A stretch of 64,000 nt of DNA from NCBI GenBank assembly GCA_964410735.1, contig CAYPIF010000052.1, positions 7,132 to 71,131 on the forward strand, in the 5' to 3' direction. The stretch comes from an uncultured Thermoplasmatales archaeon. Lineage in GTDB: Archaea; Thermoplasmatota; E2; DHVEG-1. Of this stretch, positions 10,267 through 20,188 are shown piece after piece. The stretch's first letter is position 1. Each line of letters starts with the position of its first letter. Under the pieces are notes generated by a model, which made no database searches, was not told the origin of the DNA, and worked only from the letters and a program-made list of their open reading frames with translations. The position numbers and the translations under genes were made by a program.

Positions 10267-11826
10267 TTATAACGGTAACCAGTTTAGATATGGGAAATGA
10301 TAGTTGATCCATTGGATAAACGATATTTGGTGGTTTTTCGGCATGGTTACTTCTAGGGTTGCCCAGTTGCTTTCTTTGCCTTGTTCGTCCTTTGCTTTGG
10401 CTTTAAGGGGATAGGTTCCCTGGAACATCCAGGTATGCGCCAGAGTAAGCTCTGTTCCCGATTGGTATGGTCCCAGCCAACCGGTGTTTGTTCCGTCTCC
10501 CCAGTCGACATAATAATAGATATCCTCATTGTCTTGGTCCGTGGTTTCGAAGGTGTAGGTGTATGTTTCTCCTTTTTTTCCGTTTTGAGGACCGGTTATC
10601 CTGGGTGTTTCCGGTGGATTGTTTCCTTCTCCGAATGCGTAGACATAGCCATACTCGCCATTCGGGTAATCATTTATTGTTGCTCCGATGTATACTGTTC
10701 CGTCGGCTCCGATTGCCGGGGAGGAATCCACGCCATAGTTGCTGATTTCTTTTCTCCATTGTTCGGTGCCATCCGGGTTAATTGCGATGATGGTGCCACC
10801 TTGGCCTCCTTGTCTTGTTAATCCTATGTAGATAGTTCCTTCTTTTGATATTGCAGGCGCGGACTGGGTTGCGCCGAGATTGTCTTCGAAATCGAATATC
10901 CATTTTGTTGTTCCATCGGGGTTAAACGCGTAGATGCTGTGATCCGGGCAATAAATGGTTCCGTCCGCTCCTATCGCTGCGTTTGAATACGGGGAGCTGT
11001 TTATTTTATATCGCCATTTAAGGGTCCCATTTTGGTATAACGCATAGAAATAGTGATCATTGGATCCGATATATATGGTGCCATCGGGTCCGATGGTCGG
11101 GTTACCATGGATCTCATCCCCTGTTTTATACTTCCATTTCAATGTCCCGTTCGGATTCAGCGCATAGAGATAATGGTCGCATGAACCAATATACACCGTG
11201 CCATCTGTCCCGATCGCGGGAGCAGATGTTATCACATCACCGGTTTGATAATACCATTTCAGTGTTCCATCGGGGTTCAAGGCATAGACGCGGTATCCTT
11301 GATCCGGGGGGCTCATGGTTCCAAAATAAATGGTTCCCTCAGGTGCTATCGCCGGTGAAGAAACAATCGTTCCCGATGCATCGAAACTCCATTTCAATGT
11401 CCCATTAGGATTAAACGCATAGAAATCATGGCCGATAGAACCGATGTAAATCGTCCCATCCGCTGCAAGAGCCGGAGTAGACCATACCCCACCGGATAGC
11501 TTTACTCTCCAGTTCAACGTACCATTGGGGTAAACGGAATAAAGATACCAATCATAGTCACCGAAATACAGCATTCCATCAGTATCAATCGCTATCCCAC
11601 TCATCATCCGTCCAATGGTTTTGAACTTCCATAGTTCCACACCGTTGTTATCCTCGGTGCTATAGGTGCTTTGTCCTGTGTGTGAGATATCATGGCTTTG
11701 CATGGGCCATGGTGAATCCATCGGACCGTTTGTCTGTATCATTATGATTTCATCTGGTATTGCTGCTGATGAAACGGTAGAAAGAACAAAGATGCATAGT
11801 AGTATGATACTTGTTTTTTTAATCAG
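10267..11826 (-). CDS. Secreted PQQ-like beta-propeller protein with C-terminal PKD domain
   Basis: Repeated SPAIGxDGTIYIGS...YALNPDGTLKW blades, then YYVDWGDG (PKD). The track start is 11742, but the frame stays open to CTG 11826 and encodes a signal peptide behind GGAGGG. Confidence 0.85.
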   Translation of the reverse strand: MIKKTSIILLCIFVLSTVSSAAIPDEIIMIQTNGPMDSPWPMQSHDISHTGQSTYSTEDNNGVELWKFKTIGRMMSGIAIDTDGMLYFGDYDWYLYSVYPNGTLNWRVKLSGGVWSTPALAADGTIYIGSIGHDFYAFNPNGTLKWSFDASGTIVSSPAIAPEGTIYFGTMSPPDQGYRVYALNPDGTLKWYYQTGDVITSAPAIGTDGTVYIGSCDHYLYALNPNGTLKWKYKTGDEIHGNPTIGPDGTIYIGSNDHYFYALYQNGTLKWRYKINSSPYSNAAIGADGTIYCPDHSIYAFNPDGTTKWIFDFEDNLGATQSAPAISKEGTIYIGLTRQGGQGGTIIAINPDGTEQWRKEISNYGVDSSPAIGADGTVYIGATINDYPNGEYGYVYAFGEGNNPPETPRITGPQNGKKGETYTYTFETTDQDNEDIYYYVDWGDGTNTGWLGPYQSGTELTLAHTWMFQGTYPLKAKAKDEQGKESNWATLEVTMPKNHQISFIQWINYHFPYLNWLPL

Positions 11827-11958
11827 GAGTGTTTTCCCTCCAGTATATAATAATATTAGTATCTCATTTAAATATTTTTATGGAAAAGAAAAAATATTTA
11901 CTCATTACATCAATATATAAAAAAAGAAAAAAATGGAGAAGTAAAGAAATTATGAATT

Positions 11959-12144
11959 TTACTTCTTCTTTAAGTATGGAAGCCCAGTACGTTTGTTGAC
12001 ACCAACAGTATAGTTTGCTGGTTTGTCACAGGGTGTGCCACTCTTTGGTTTGTTCTTGCTGAAAAAATAGATGGTTTGGTTGCGTCCACCCTTAAGCTTC
12101 ACATCTCGTGTATATAATGTCCATCCTTCATAGGTGTAGGCCAT
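11959..12144 (-). CDS. Small basic protein resembling the Cc1-like archaeal chromatin / nucleic-acid-binding family
   Basis: 61 aa, Lys/Arg-rich, with IYFFSK and NxRTGLPYLKK motifs and a strong AGGAGGT RBS. The family assignment is from memory of the motif. Confidence 0.6.
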   Translation of the reverse strand: MAYTYEGWTLYTRDVKLKGGRNQTIYFFSKNKPKSGTPCDKPANYTVGVNKRTGLPYLKKK

Positions 12145-12279
12145 TTTTTTCTACCTCCTTATGCCAAAACATATCTTGTGATTTAAATCTTTCCTTATTT
12201 TTCTCTATTATACCCTGTTTTTTCAGCCTTTTTTCAGGAAAAAGGTTTTTTCAGAGCAAAATAGTATATTTACTTTCAA

Positions 12280-13560
12280 TTATGACTCTTGAAGGTATTT
12301 TTCCACCATTTCAATCGCGCAGAGGTTTCCACACATGGTGCATGAACGGGTATCTTCTAAGGGGCTTCGTTGTTTTCGATAGCGTTTTGGTTTCTCTGGA
12401 TCAATGGCAAGATCAAACATGGTGTCCCAATCAAGATGTTCACGGGCATCACTGAACCGGTGATCAATGTCCCTATCAATTCGACGTCCTATATCTGCAG
12501 CATGTGCAGCTATCCGACAGGCAATGACCCCTTCACGAACATCATCAGCATTTGGAAGTGAAAGATGTTCCGCAGGTGTAACATAACAAAGGAAATCAGC
12601 TCCATGATATCCTGCGATGGCTCCACCAATCCCGGCAACAAGATGATCATAACCAGGTGCAATATCAGTAACTAGTGGTCCGAGCACAAAATACGGGGCT
12701 TCTTTTGTCACAACCTTCATCACCTCAATATTCGATTGGATATCGTTCAAGGGCATATGCCCCGGTCCTTCCATCATTGTTTGAACACCAGCTTTCCGCG
12801 CTCGTTCAATAAGCTCTCCGATGATAAGCATCTCCTGGAATTTCGCTCGATCATTGGAATCTGAAAGAGCACCGGATCTCATACCATCACCAAGGCTTAA
12901 GGTGACATCATATTTCTTCGCAAGTTCAAGTAGATAATCAAAATTCTTATACAAGGGATTCTCCAGATCATTATGAAGGATCCATGCCATATGGAAAGCG
13001 CCGCCTCTAGAGACCATTGGTATCAATCGATGCTGCCTTCGAAGTCTTTCAACACTTTCTTTTGTTACACCAACATGAACAACGGCAAAGTCAACACCCT
13101 GTTTTGCTTGTTCCTCAAAGGTATTGAACATATCATCCTCGGTCATGTCAATGATAGCACTATGTTTCGTTATTGCTTCAATACCAGTCTGATAAATTGG
13201 TACGGTTCCAAAGGGGACTTTTACAACCTTGAGAAGTTTTTTCCGTATGTTGTTAAGATCTCCTCCTGTTGAGAGATCCATCACTGCATGAGTACCTACC
13301 TGTTGAGCGATCTTTGCTTTCTCTATCTCTTCACTGACATCACAATGTTCCCTTGATGTACCCAGGTTTGCATTGACCTTGACGCGTAAACCTTTTCCGA
13401 TGCCGATCGGTTCAGGATGGTGAAGTGGATTATGAGGTATGACAATTTTGCCAGAAGCAACCCGTCTTTGAACGACTGCTGGATCACATGATTCAGTCTC
13501 AGCAACTTTTTTGATCTCCTTGGTCATGTGTCCTTGCTGAGCTTCAGATATTTGGGTCAT
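12280..13560 (-). CDS. thiC: Phosphomethylpyrimidine synthase
   Basis: KVNANLGTS, MDLSTGG, GTVPIYQ, VSRGG, SLGDGMR, EGPGH, CYVTPAEHL and C-terminal CTMCGNLC Fe-S motif. Confidence 0.95.
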   Translation of the reverse strand: MTQISEAQQGHMTKEIKKVAETESCDPAVVQRRVASGKIVIPHNPLHHPEPIGIGKGLRVKVNANLGTSREHCDVSEEIEKAKIAQQVGTHAVMDLSTGGDLNNIRKKLLKVVKVPFGTVPIYQTGIEAITKHSAIIDMTEDDMFNTFEEQAKQGVDFAVVHVGVTKESVERLRRQHRLIPMVSRGGAFHMAWILHNDLENPLYKNFDYLLELAKKYDVTLSLGDGMRSGALSDSNDRAKFQEMLIIGELIERARKAGVQTMMEGPGHMPLNDIQSNIEVMKVVTKEAPYFVLGPLVTDIAPGYDHLVAGIGGAIAGYHGADFLCYVTPAEHLSLPNADDVREGVIACRIAAHAADIGRRIDRDIDHRFSDAREHLDWDTMFDLAIDPEKPKRYRKQRSPLEDTRSCTMCGNLCAIEMVEKYLQES

Positions 13561-13811
13561 GATGCTCCCCTCTATGAGACATTTCCTATTAAAACCTCAT
13601 GGGTAAACGGATATCGACACGCATCGAAGCAGTCTTTAGAAATCATAATAATTGGGATTGAGTTGGGTATTGATTGGGAATAAATCATATAAAATATGAC
13701 ATCATTATTTAATTAAACACCTTTTCCGACTATTGGTTGAAATACCTTGATTTTATCATAAAAGCTATAAACCTAGCGGTAAATGCTTAACCTATCACGC
13801 TTAGGTGGTTA

Positions 13812-14037
13812 TATGGCTTTAAATCGGGATAAAATTGAGGATAAGATAAAAGAGTTAAACGAGATTCGAAGGATTTACAAAAGAGATTTTGAAGATGTTG
13901 CGGAGGAGTTCAAGGCAGGTAAACTATCCAAAGATCATTTTGAAAAGAAGAAGGAAAGATACGAGAAACGAAAAGAAAAGATACGAAAGAAGATCCAGGA
14001 TTTTGAAGATAAGATGGCTGCTCTTGAAGGAAAGTGA
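13812..14037 (+). CDS. Small highly charged coiled-coil protein with SHOCT-like motif
   Basis: ATG 13812 follows AGGTGG; GKLSKDHFEKKK motif within a helical charged sequence. Confidence 0.6.
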
Positions 14038-14152
14038 TCTGAGCCAACAGCCCTCTTGATTACATTACCTTCCCGTAACCTTTAGTATCCAATATGCATA
14101 GTTTTATATCATGGGGTGGTATTCGGCCTGAGAATCATTTGGAGGCTTCAAA

Positions 14153-14392
14153 ATGATAAATGCCTATATCCTGGTTTCAATGCAACCAGGTAACTCCGAT
14201 AATGCAATTGAGGAAATGCGAAAGATTGAACATGTTGAGAAGATATCAGTCGTTGCTGGTGAATTCGATATCGTTATTCGGGTGAAGGTTGAAACTCTTG
14301 ATCAATTGCTTCAAGCTACAAACGCTATCCAAATGATCCATGGTGTCCAAAAAACAACAACTCAGGTCATCGAGAAAGAAATCGCATTATGA
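14153..14392 (+). CDS. Stand-alone Lrp/AsnC ligand-binding (RAM) domain protein
   Basis: AYILV...PG...VAGEFDIVIRV...I.GV.KTTT pattern, with no HTH. Confidence 0.88.
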   Translation: MINAYILVSMQPGNSDNAIEEMRKIEHVEKISVVAGEFDIVIRVKVETLDQLLQATNAIQMIHGVQKTTTQVIEKEIAL

Positions 14393-15636
14393 AAATAAGA
14401 ATACGGAAACGTTATCTGTTTTTTATTTTGGCTTTTTCTTCAGCCATCTTCAATTCCATAGGGTCAGCCTTCGATGCAATATCTCAATTATTCATACCTG
14501 ACCCTTGGGCTCTTGGGATTGCCTGTTTTGTCTTTGGTGTTATCGTCTCAGGTCTCATCTCATTGTTCTTGTCCATCCCGTTTAAGGGAAAAAGTCTTGG
14601 CGCACATACAATAGATCCTACCTTTAAACGGGTACGGTTATTAAAACGGCAAGAACTAAAATATCATTTGGTCGCTGGTTTTGGTAACGCGGTTCTCACT
14701 ATAGGTTATTTCTTCTTGTTATCGTTGATGTCGGGGGATGTTTCTGTTGTTCTCCCCTTTACCCAGGTCGTTATCCTGTATCTTGTCATCATCGAATCGC
14801 TCAGTGAAAAGGATACACCAACACTTGTTGAAGTACAGTCATCTGTCATTGTTACCTTTGGAGCGATCCTTGGTTCATTGACGTTGTCTGGAACTATCAA
14901 TCTCACTGCCCTTGCTATCGTGTTCCTTGTTATTAACCCTGGATGGGTTTTATTATCATTCTATCAACGAAAACTAAAGATGTTAAAGATCAATGATAGT
15001 CCTAATGATGCTATCAATATCCGTGTTTGGAATGTGATATTTGCTTGTCTTTTTACCTTTATCATCGTCTTTGTTTTCGACTTGTTCATGGGTACACATC
15101 ATGTACAAGCTGGAATTCAGTCAAGCATCAATGAATATTTCTGGGTATTGATACTTGCTATATCTACCTATTTTGCGTTTGTCTTCTATATACGAGCATT
15201 AGGTATTGGAAAGGCTAGTGTCACCCAGGCTGTGAAAGCATCGGTGATCGTGTTTAGCCTCCCCGTTTCCATCGTCTTAGGATATTACGGTATAAGCCCA
15301 GCGTTTACAACTGATCCAGTGATGCTTGTCATCAAGATGATGGGTATCGTTCTAATGCTTCTTGGGATACTCTCTTTTGCGCTCACGCTTACCAAAGCGT
15401 ATGTGTTCATCCGGATGAAACCAGGGTACGATATTGAACAGATCATGAAACAACTCTGGAATATCAAAGGTGTGAACAGAGTGACAGCGGTCGCAGGACC
15501 ATATGATTTCATCATTAAGATACATACCCGTACCCTTATCAAAGGATATGAACGGATACTAAGAAGAGTTGAATCTATAGAAGGTATCGATGAATCCAAA
15601 TGGCAATCGGTCCTTAAAGAATGGGAAGATATCTAA
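14389..15636 (+). CDS. EamA/DMT-like membrane transporter fused to a C-terminal Lrp/AsnC ligand-binding domain
   Basis: About 10 TM segments in two repeats; C-terminal AYVFIRMKPG...VAGPYDFIIKI; ATGA overlap with the upstream gene. Confidence 0.78.
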   Translation: MKIRIRKRYLFFILAFSSAIFNSIGSAFDAISQLFIPDPWALGIACFVFGVIVSGLISLFLSIPFKGKSLGAHTIDPTFKRVRLLKRQELKYHLVAGFGNAVLTIGYFFLLSLMSGDVSVVLPFTQVVILYLVIIESLSEKDTPTLVEVQSSVIVTFGAILGSLTLSGTINLTALAIVFLVINPGWVLLSFYQRKLKMLKINDSPNDAINIRVWNVIFACLFTFIIVFVFDLFMGTHHVQAGIQSSINEYFWVLILAISTYFAFVFYIRALGIGKASVTQAVKASVIVFSLPVSIVLGYYGISPAFTTDPVMLVIKMMGIVLMLLGILSFALTLTKAYVFIRMKPGYDIEQIMKQLWNIKGVNRVTAVAGPYDFIIKIHTRTLIKGYERILRRVESIEGIDESKWQSVLKEWEDI

Positions 15637-15700
15637 ACATAACAAATAACAAATACTCTTCATCATATCCCGTATATTATGCTGATAGTGAGGTTTTTGT

Positions 15701-16804
15701 ATGGTTGATGGTCGAATTGAGGCTTTGGCTCATATTCTGGTCGAGCATTCGTTAAATATCAAGAAGAATGATTTGTTCCTTATCTCTGGGTCCCCTGTTG
15801 CTGCACCATTAATTACAGCGGTCTACGAGCGTGCGTTAGAAAAAGGTGCTCATCCTCATGTACGATTAGGTTTGGAGGCATTAGCGGAGATCTATTATAA
15901 ACATGCAAACAAGGATCAACTTACCTTTCTCTCTCCTCTTGATGAATTTGAGACAAAAACAATTGATGCTCGATTAAGCATCCTCAGTCCGGAAAATACA
16001 AGATATATGAGCCATGTCGATCCCAAACAACAGGCGTTACGAAGTCGAGCTGCACAACCTATTCATGATATCTTCCTTAAAAGGGCAGCGTCAGGGGATC
16101 TTAGATGGTGTGTCACCCTCTTTCCAACAAATGCGTCTGCACAGGATGCTGAGATGTCCTTAAGAGATTATGAGGATTTTGTCTATCAAGCAGCACATGT
16201 TCAGGATGATGATCCAATTGGTTTTTGGAAATCGATGGGACAGGACCAACAAAAGATGAAGAACATACTAGAAAAGAAGAAGACCATTCAGATACTTGGA
16301 GAAGATACGGATCTAACGCTTTCTGTTGACAAACGAACATGGATACCTTGTTTTGGCAAAGAAAATTTTCCAGACGGTGAACTATTCACAGGGCCAGTGG
16401 AAACATCAGCTGAAGGATATGTTCATTTTCCCTTTCCATTGGTGTATGGTGGACGACGGGTCGATGATGTAAAGCTCTGGTTCGAAAAAGGTGTTGTTGT
16501 AAAGGCCACTGCTGCAAATGGTCTCGATTTCTTAGAATCAATGATACAGATGGATGAAGGATCAAATCGACTTGGTGAACTCGCATTTGGTCTGAATTAT
16601 GGTATCAAAGAATATACAAAGAATATTTTGTTCGATGAAAAGATCGGTGGGACCATGCATCTTGCTCTTGGAAACGGATATCCTGAGACCGGAAGCTCAA
16701 ATACCTCCGGGCTGCATTGGGATATGGTGATAGATCTTCGAAAGAAGGGTACGGTCCTTGCTGAGGGGGAACTGATTTTTGAAAATGGGTCGTTTGTTGT
16801 GTAA
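15701..16804 (+). CDS. M29 (thermophilic/AmpS-type) aminopeptidase
   Basis: NFPDGELFTGP, LGELAFG, LFDEKIGGTMHLALG, SGLHWDM. Confidence 0.93.
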   Translation: MVDGRIEALAHILVEHSLNIKKNDLFLISGSPVAAPLITAVYERALEKGAHPHVRLGLEALAEIYYKHANKDQLTFLSPLDEFETKTIDARLSILSPENTRYMSHVDPKQQALRSRAAQPIHDIFLKRAASGDLRWCVTLFPTNASAQDAEMSLRDYEDFVYQAAHVQDDDPIGFWKSMGQDQQKMKNILEKKKTIQILGEDTDLTLSVDKRTWIPCFGKENFPDGELFTGPVETSAEGYVHFPFPLVYGGRRVDDVKLWFEKGVVVKATAANGLDFLESMIQMDEGSNRLGELAFGLNYGIKEYTKNILFDEKIGGTMHLALGNGYPETGSSNTSGLHWDMVIDLRKKGTVLAEGELIFENGSFVV

Positions 16805-16851
16805 TAGATGAAGTATAACCATTAAATAAACCTTGGTCATATCGATGTGAC

Positions 16852-18279
16852 ATGTGTGGTATTGTCGGCTTCATTGGGGGCAAACCTGTTTCACGTTTGA
16901 TCTATCATGGCTTATTTGCTATTCAACATCGTGGTCAGTCCTCAGCGGGTAAATTAACATATGATGGGAACATCCATGTGACAAAGGATGCAGGACTTGT
17001 TCGTGATATATTCAATGATGAGAAAAAGATTGATACACCCGGTAATGTTGGCCTTGGTCATACGCGGTATTCAACAGCGGGGATGGATGATGTTGAGTCT
17101 TTGAAGAAAAATGCTCAACCTGAATATCTTGTCAATCCTTTTTTAGCAGCGGTTCATAACGGGAATGTTATCAACTGTGGGGAAGTGAAGAATCATACCC
17201 AACGGATGCCAAGGACTGATTGTGATATCCAATGTTTATTGTTGCCAATGGCGGATCAGTTATACAAAAAGGAACTTTCTGTGGATGTGCTCTTTAAAGC
17301 ATGTGAGACGGTCATGAAACAAGTGAAGGGGAGTTATTCAAGTTTGTTCTTGGCAGACTCTGGTGATAACCCATATCTTTTCGCTATCACCGATCCTCAT
17401 AAGATCAGGCCACTTGTGTTGGGAAAACAAGATGGTATGTATTGTCTAACCTCAGAGACAAGGGTGTTTAAGAAAGCAAATTTTGAATATGTGAAGGATA
17501 TCCCGGGTGGTTCGGCTATCATTATTGATTCAGAGGGAAACATCTTTGAGAAACAGATCATCAAGAAACAAGAGACCCCTTGTATGTTCGAGTTTGTTTA
17601 TTTCGCAAAACCTGATTCACGGATACGTGGCAGATCGGTTCATGATGTCCGTGTGCAACTTGGCCGGTTACTTGCGAAGAAATATTCTGTGAAAGCTGAT
17701 ATTGTGGTCCCTGTCCCTGAGTCAGGTCGCCGATATGCGTTAGGGTATTCCCTGGAATCAGGTATTCCTTTAGACGAGGGTATCATGAAGGATAAAGCGG
17801 AACGATCATTTATTCAACAAAGGCAGGAAAGCAGGGATAGGGTGGTTCAAGAAGGTCTTTCTTTCCTTCGAGCGGTGATGGAGGATAAAAAGGTGATCAT
17901 TGTTGATGATTCGATTGTTAGAGGTACCAATGTTCGTAGACTTGTTGAAGGTGTTCGAAGAGCAGGTGCAAAAGAGGTTCATATCCGAATTGGATGTCCG
18001 CCATTGATAGCCCCGTGTTATCTGGGTATTGATATGCGCAGTCGAAAGGAATTCCTTGCTCGAGATGAGGCGGGTAGTATCAAAACATGGGATCAGATCT
18101 GCGAACAGATCGGTGCTGATTCCCTTGCGTATATCGAGAGCGATGATCTGGAAAAGGTCATTGGTTTCCCTGTATGCAAAGGTTGTGTTGATTTCCCTAA
18201 TGGGTATCCAAAGGAACTGAAAAAGACCGTTCTTGAGTTGTATGAAAAAGATAAGGATGGGAAACGAGCATACGAATGA
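16852..18279 (+). CDS. purF: Amidophosphoribosyltransferase
   Basis: N-terminal MCGIVG, QHRGQ, GHTRYST, HNGN, VPVPESG, VDDSIVRGT and Fe-S cysteines. Confidence 0.95.
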   Translation: MCGIVGFIGGKPVSRLIYHGLFAIQHRGQSSAGKLTYDGNIHVTKDAGLVRDIFNDEKKIDTPGNVGLGHTRYSTAGMDDVESLKKNAQPEYLVNPFLAAVHNGNVINCGEVKNHTQRMPRTDCDIQCLLLPMADQLYKKELSVDVLFKACETVMKQVKGSYSSLFLADSGDNPYLFAITDPHKIRPLVLGKQDGMYCLTSETRVFKKANFEYVKDIPGGSAIIIDSEGNIFEKQIIKKQETPCMFEFVYFAKPDSRIRGRSVHDVRVQLGRLLAKKYSVKADIVVPVPESGRRYALGYSLESGIPLDEGIMKDKAERSFIQQRQESRDRVVQEGLSFLRAVMEDKKVIIVDDSIVRGTNVRRLVEGVRRAGAKEVHIRIGCPPLIAPCYLGIDMRSRKEFLARDEAGSIKTWDQICEQIGADSLAYIESDDLEKVIGFPVCKGCVDFPNGYPKELKKTVLELYEKDKDGKRAYE

Positions 18280-18318
18280 TAAAAGGGTATTTCAACCCAT
18301 TTTCTTTTCTATTATCCC

Positions 18319-18630
18319 ATGATCGAGATAACCGGTGGTACGACGGAGGAACAGATCATTGATATCCTTCAGAATAATTATCCTGTTACTGTGGAGGATA
18401 TTGAAAAAAAACTTCATTTATCTCATGATATCATTATTCGAGTGTTGAATCGTTTCCAAGTGAAAGGTATCGTACAATTGGAACCGTTACCAGATACTAC
18501 CTATGTTCGACTGTTACGACATGATATTAAAATAGTTACAAAGAGACGTCAGAAGAAATTCATCAAACATCATCAACGCCCACAGCAATATGTCCCTAAG
18601 GATCCTGATGATGATCGAATGTATGTTTAA
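18319..18630 (+). CDS. Winged-helix putative transcriptional regulator
   Basis: EEQIIDIL...VTVEDIEKKL.LS...VLNRF..KGIV HTH-like pattern with a basic tail. Confidence 0.65.
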   Translation: MIEITGGTTEEQIIDILQNNYPVTVEDIEKKLHLSHDIIIRVLNRFQVKGIVQLEPLPDTTYVRLLRHDIKIVTKRRQKKFIKHHQRPQQYVPKDPDDDRMYV

Positions 18631-18713
18631 GAGAAAAATTCCACGATATTTACCCAATTGATGACGATTTCATCTGGTACTTGTTTTTTCCTTTTATGGT
18701 GCGTGTTCTTCAT
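18627..18713 (-). CDS. Putative 28-aa microprotein (MKNTHHKRKKQVPDEIVINWVNIVEFFS)
   Basis: ATG 18713 is preceded by AGGGTGGA and a TTTAAATA TATA-like box about 40 nt upstream; it fills an otherwise empty gap. Confidence 0.4.
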   Translation of the reverse strand: MKNTHHKRKKQVPDEIVINWVNIVEFFS

Positions 18714-18815
18714 GGTCCACCCTTGTATAGTATTTTTCACAATGATGATATTTAAAGTATTGGTGGAATTTTCTCAAAATATGAGTATTGATCTTGAAAT
18801 GAAAACCATGTCTTT

Positions 18816-19217
18816 TTAGTCAATGACCTGGATCACATGGTTATCCACAATGAGGAACTCAACAAGTTCATTATTTGTTTTTATTTCTTTAAGAAGCTCA
18901 TAATTAAGGATATGTTCATAATCGGCGACGATGCGTGATCCAGAGGGGGACCATCCACTTATCTTGACAGTGTCCACTGTGAAATCATTCACGCTTCCTA
19001 ATATCGTAAAAGATGTTGCCTTTGTATGAAATGAACAGTTTATGCATTCTATTACAGAATTATATGAATTATAGGGATTCTGCCAATCTTCGATTGGGTC
19101 CAATTGAACGACGATGAGTTCACCACCACATTTTGGGCAGATCAATGATCCCATTTGTTTGTGGTCCCATAACCCTGCATGAATACGTGCTGTTGTATGA
19201 TGCCCCATATCCAACAC
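18816..19217 (-). CDS. Hypothetical zinc-ribbon protein
   Basis: CPKC...CINC pairs; start uncertain (19217, 19208 or 19154). Confidence 0.7.
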   Translation of the reverse strand: MLDMGHHTTARIHAGLWDHKQMGSLICPKCGGELIVVQLDPIEDWQNPYNSYNSVIECINCSFHTKATSFTILGSVNDFTVDTVKISGWSPSGSRIVADYEHILNYELLKEIKTNNELVEFLIVDNHVIQVID

Positions 19218-19352
19218 TTACCCCAACTTTTCTATCGTACATGATTTAATGACTTCTTACATAAATAGTTTTTGAAAAAATCTGTTTTAAATGATGCCGT
19301 TATATTAATATGAACGATATTCCATTCATTTTTTTAGAAGGAATGATGATAT

Positions 19353-20171
19353 ATGAATGTTCTTACGTTTCTTTCGGATTTTGGTATAAAAAATAGTTAT
19401 GTTGCTCAGATGAAGGGTGTTGCATTATCCATTGCCTCTCAGGTAAAATGTTATGATATCTGTCATCAGGTGCCAGCTCATGATATTGAAAGTGGTGCGT
19501 TTCTCTTAAGAAGTGCAGTAGATTTTTACCCAAAGGGAACTGTTCATGTTGCGGTTGTCGATCCCGGTGTGGGAACAAGCAGAAAAGGTATTGTTGTTCT
19601 CACACAGAAACATATCTTTGTAGGTCCGGATAATGGATTGTTGATCCCTGCTGCTCGCTCTCAAGGGAGTTTCCGTGTGTTTGAGATAACCAATCCTCGT
19701 TTACAAAGGATTCAACTCTCCAAAACATTCCATGGCCGGGATATTTTTACGCCTGTTGCATCACATATTATCAATGGTATCTCCTTTGATACTATTGGTC
19801 CTCAGATACAGGATTTTGTTGATCTGCAGTTCCCCGTTGCAATAAAAAATGAGGCAGGGTTTGAAGCAAAGGTGTTATATGTGGATGATTTTGGGAATAT
19901 CATAACAAACATTGAGCATCAGCAAATAAAAGACATGATCTCAACTGGTGCTCAGTTACTTCTCAGGTCCGGTGCAAAGGAAACCCCTATTAAATTAGTT
20001 GATTCATATGGTTTTGTTGAGAAAGGTGAACTTCTTGCAACCGTTGGCAGTAGTGGGTTTTTAGAGATCAGTGTGAACCAGGGAAATGCTTCTATACTTT
20101 TGAAGAAAGAGCGAAAAGATACGATCACTTTGGATTTCATAGACATTTCAAAAGATGATCATGTTCTGTAA
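19353..20171 (+). CDS. SAM hydroxide adenosyltransferase (DUF62; chlorinase/fluorinase family)
   Basis: LSDFG, VVDPGVG, GPDNGL, TFHGRDIF, DDFGNIITN, LEISVNQG. Confidence 0.93.
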   Translation: MNVLTFLSDFGIKNSYVAQMKGVALSIASQVKCYDICHQVPAHDIESGAFLLRSAVDFYPKGTVHVAVVDPGVGTSRKGIVVLTQKHIFVGPDNGLLIPAARSQGSFRVFEITNPRLQRIQLSKTFHGRDIFTPVASHIINGISFDTIGPQIQDFVDLQFPVAIKNEAGFEAKVLYVDDFGNIITNIEHQQIKDMISTGAQLLLRSGAKETPIKLVDSYGFVEKGELLATVGSSGFLEISVNQGNASILLKKERKDTITLDFIDISKDDHVL

Positions 20172-20188
20172 GAATAATCTGATCTCTC

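Noticed and set aside
10700..11600. Nucleotide-level repeats suggesting CRISPR or diversity-generating repeats
   Set aside because: They are degenerate coding repeats of beta-propeller blades; no repeat-spacer array, cas gene or reverse transcriptase was seen in the window.
13561..13780. TPP riboswitch upstream of thiC
   Set aside because: No GCUGAGA or CUGAU...AGCG.AGGGA-type conserved segments are visible on the minus strand.
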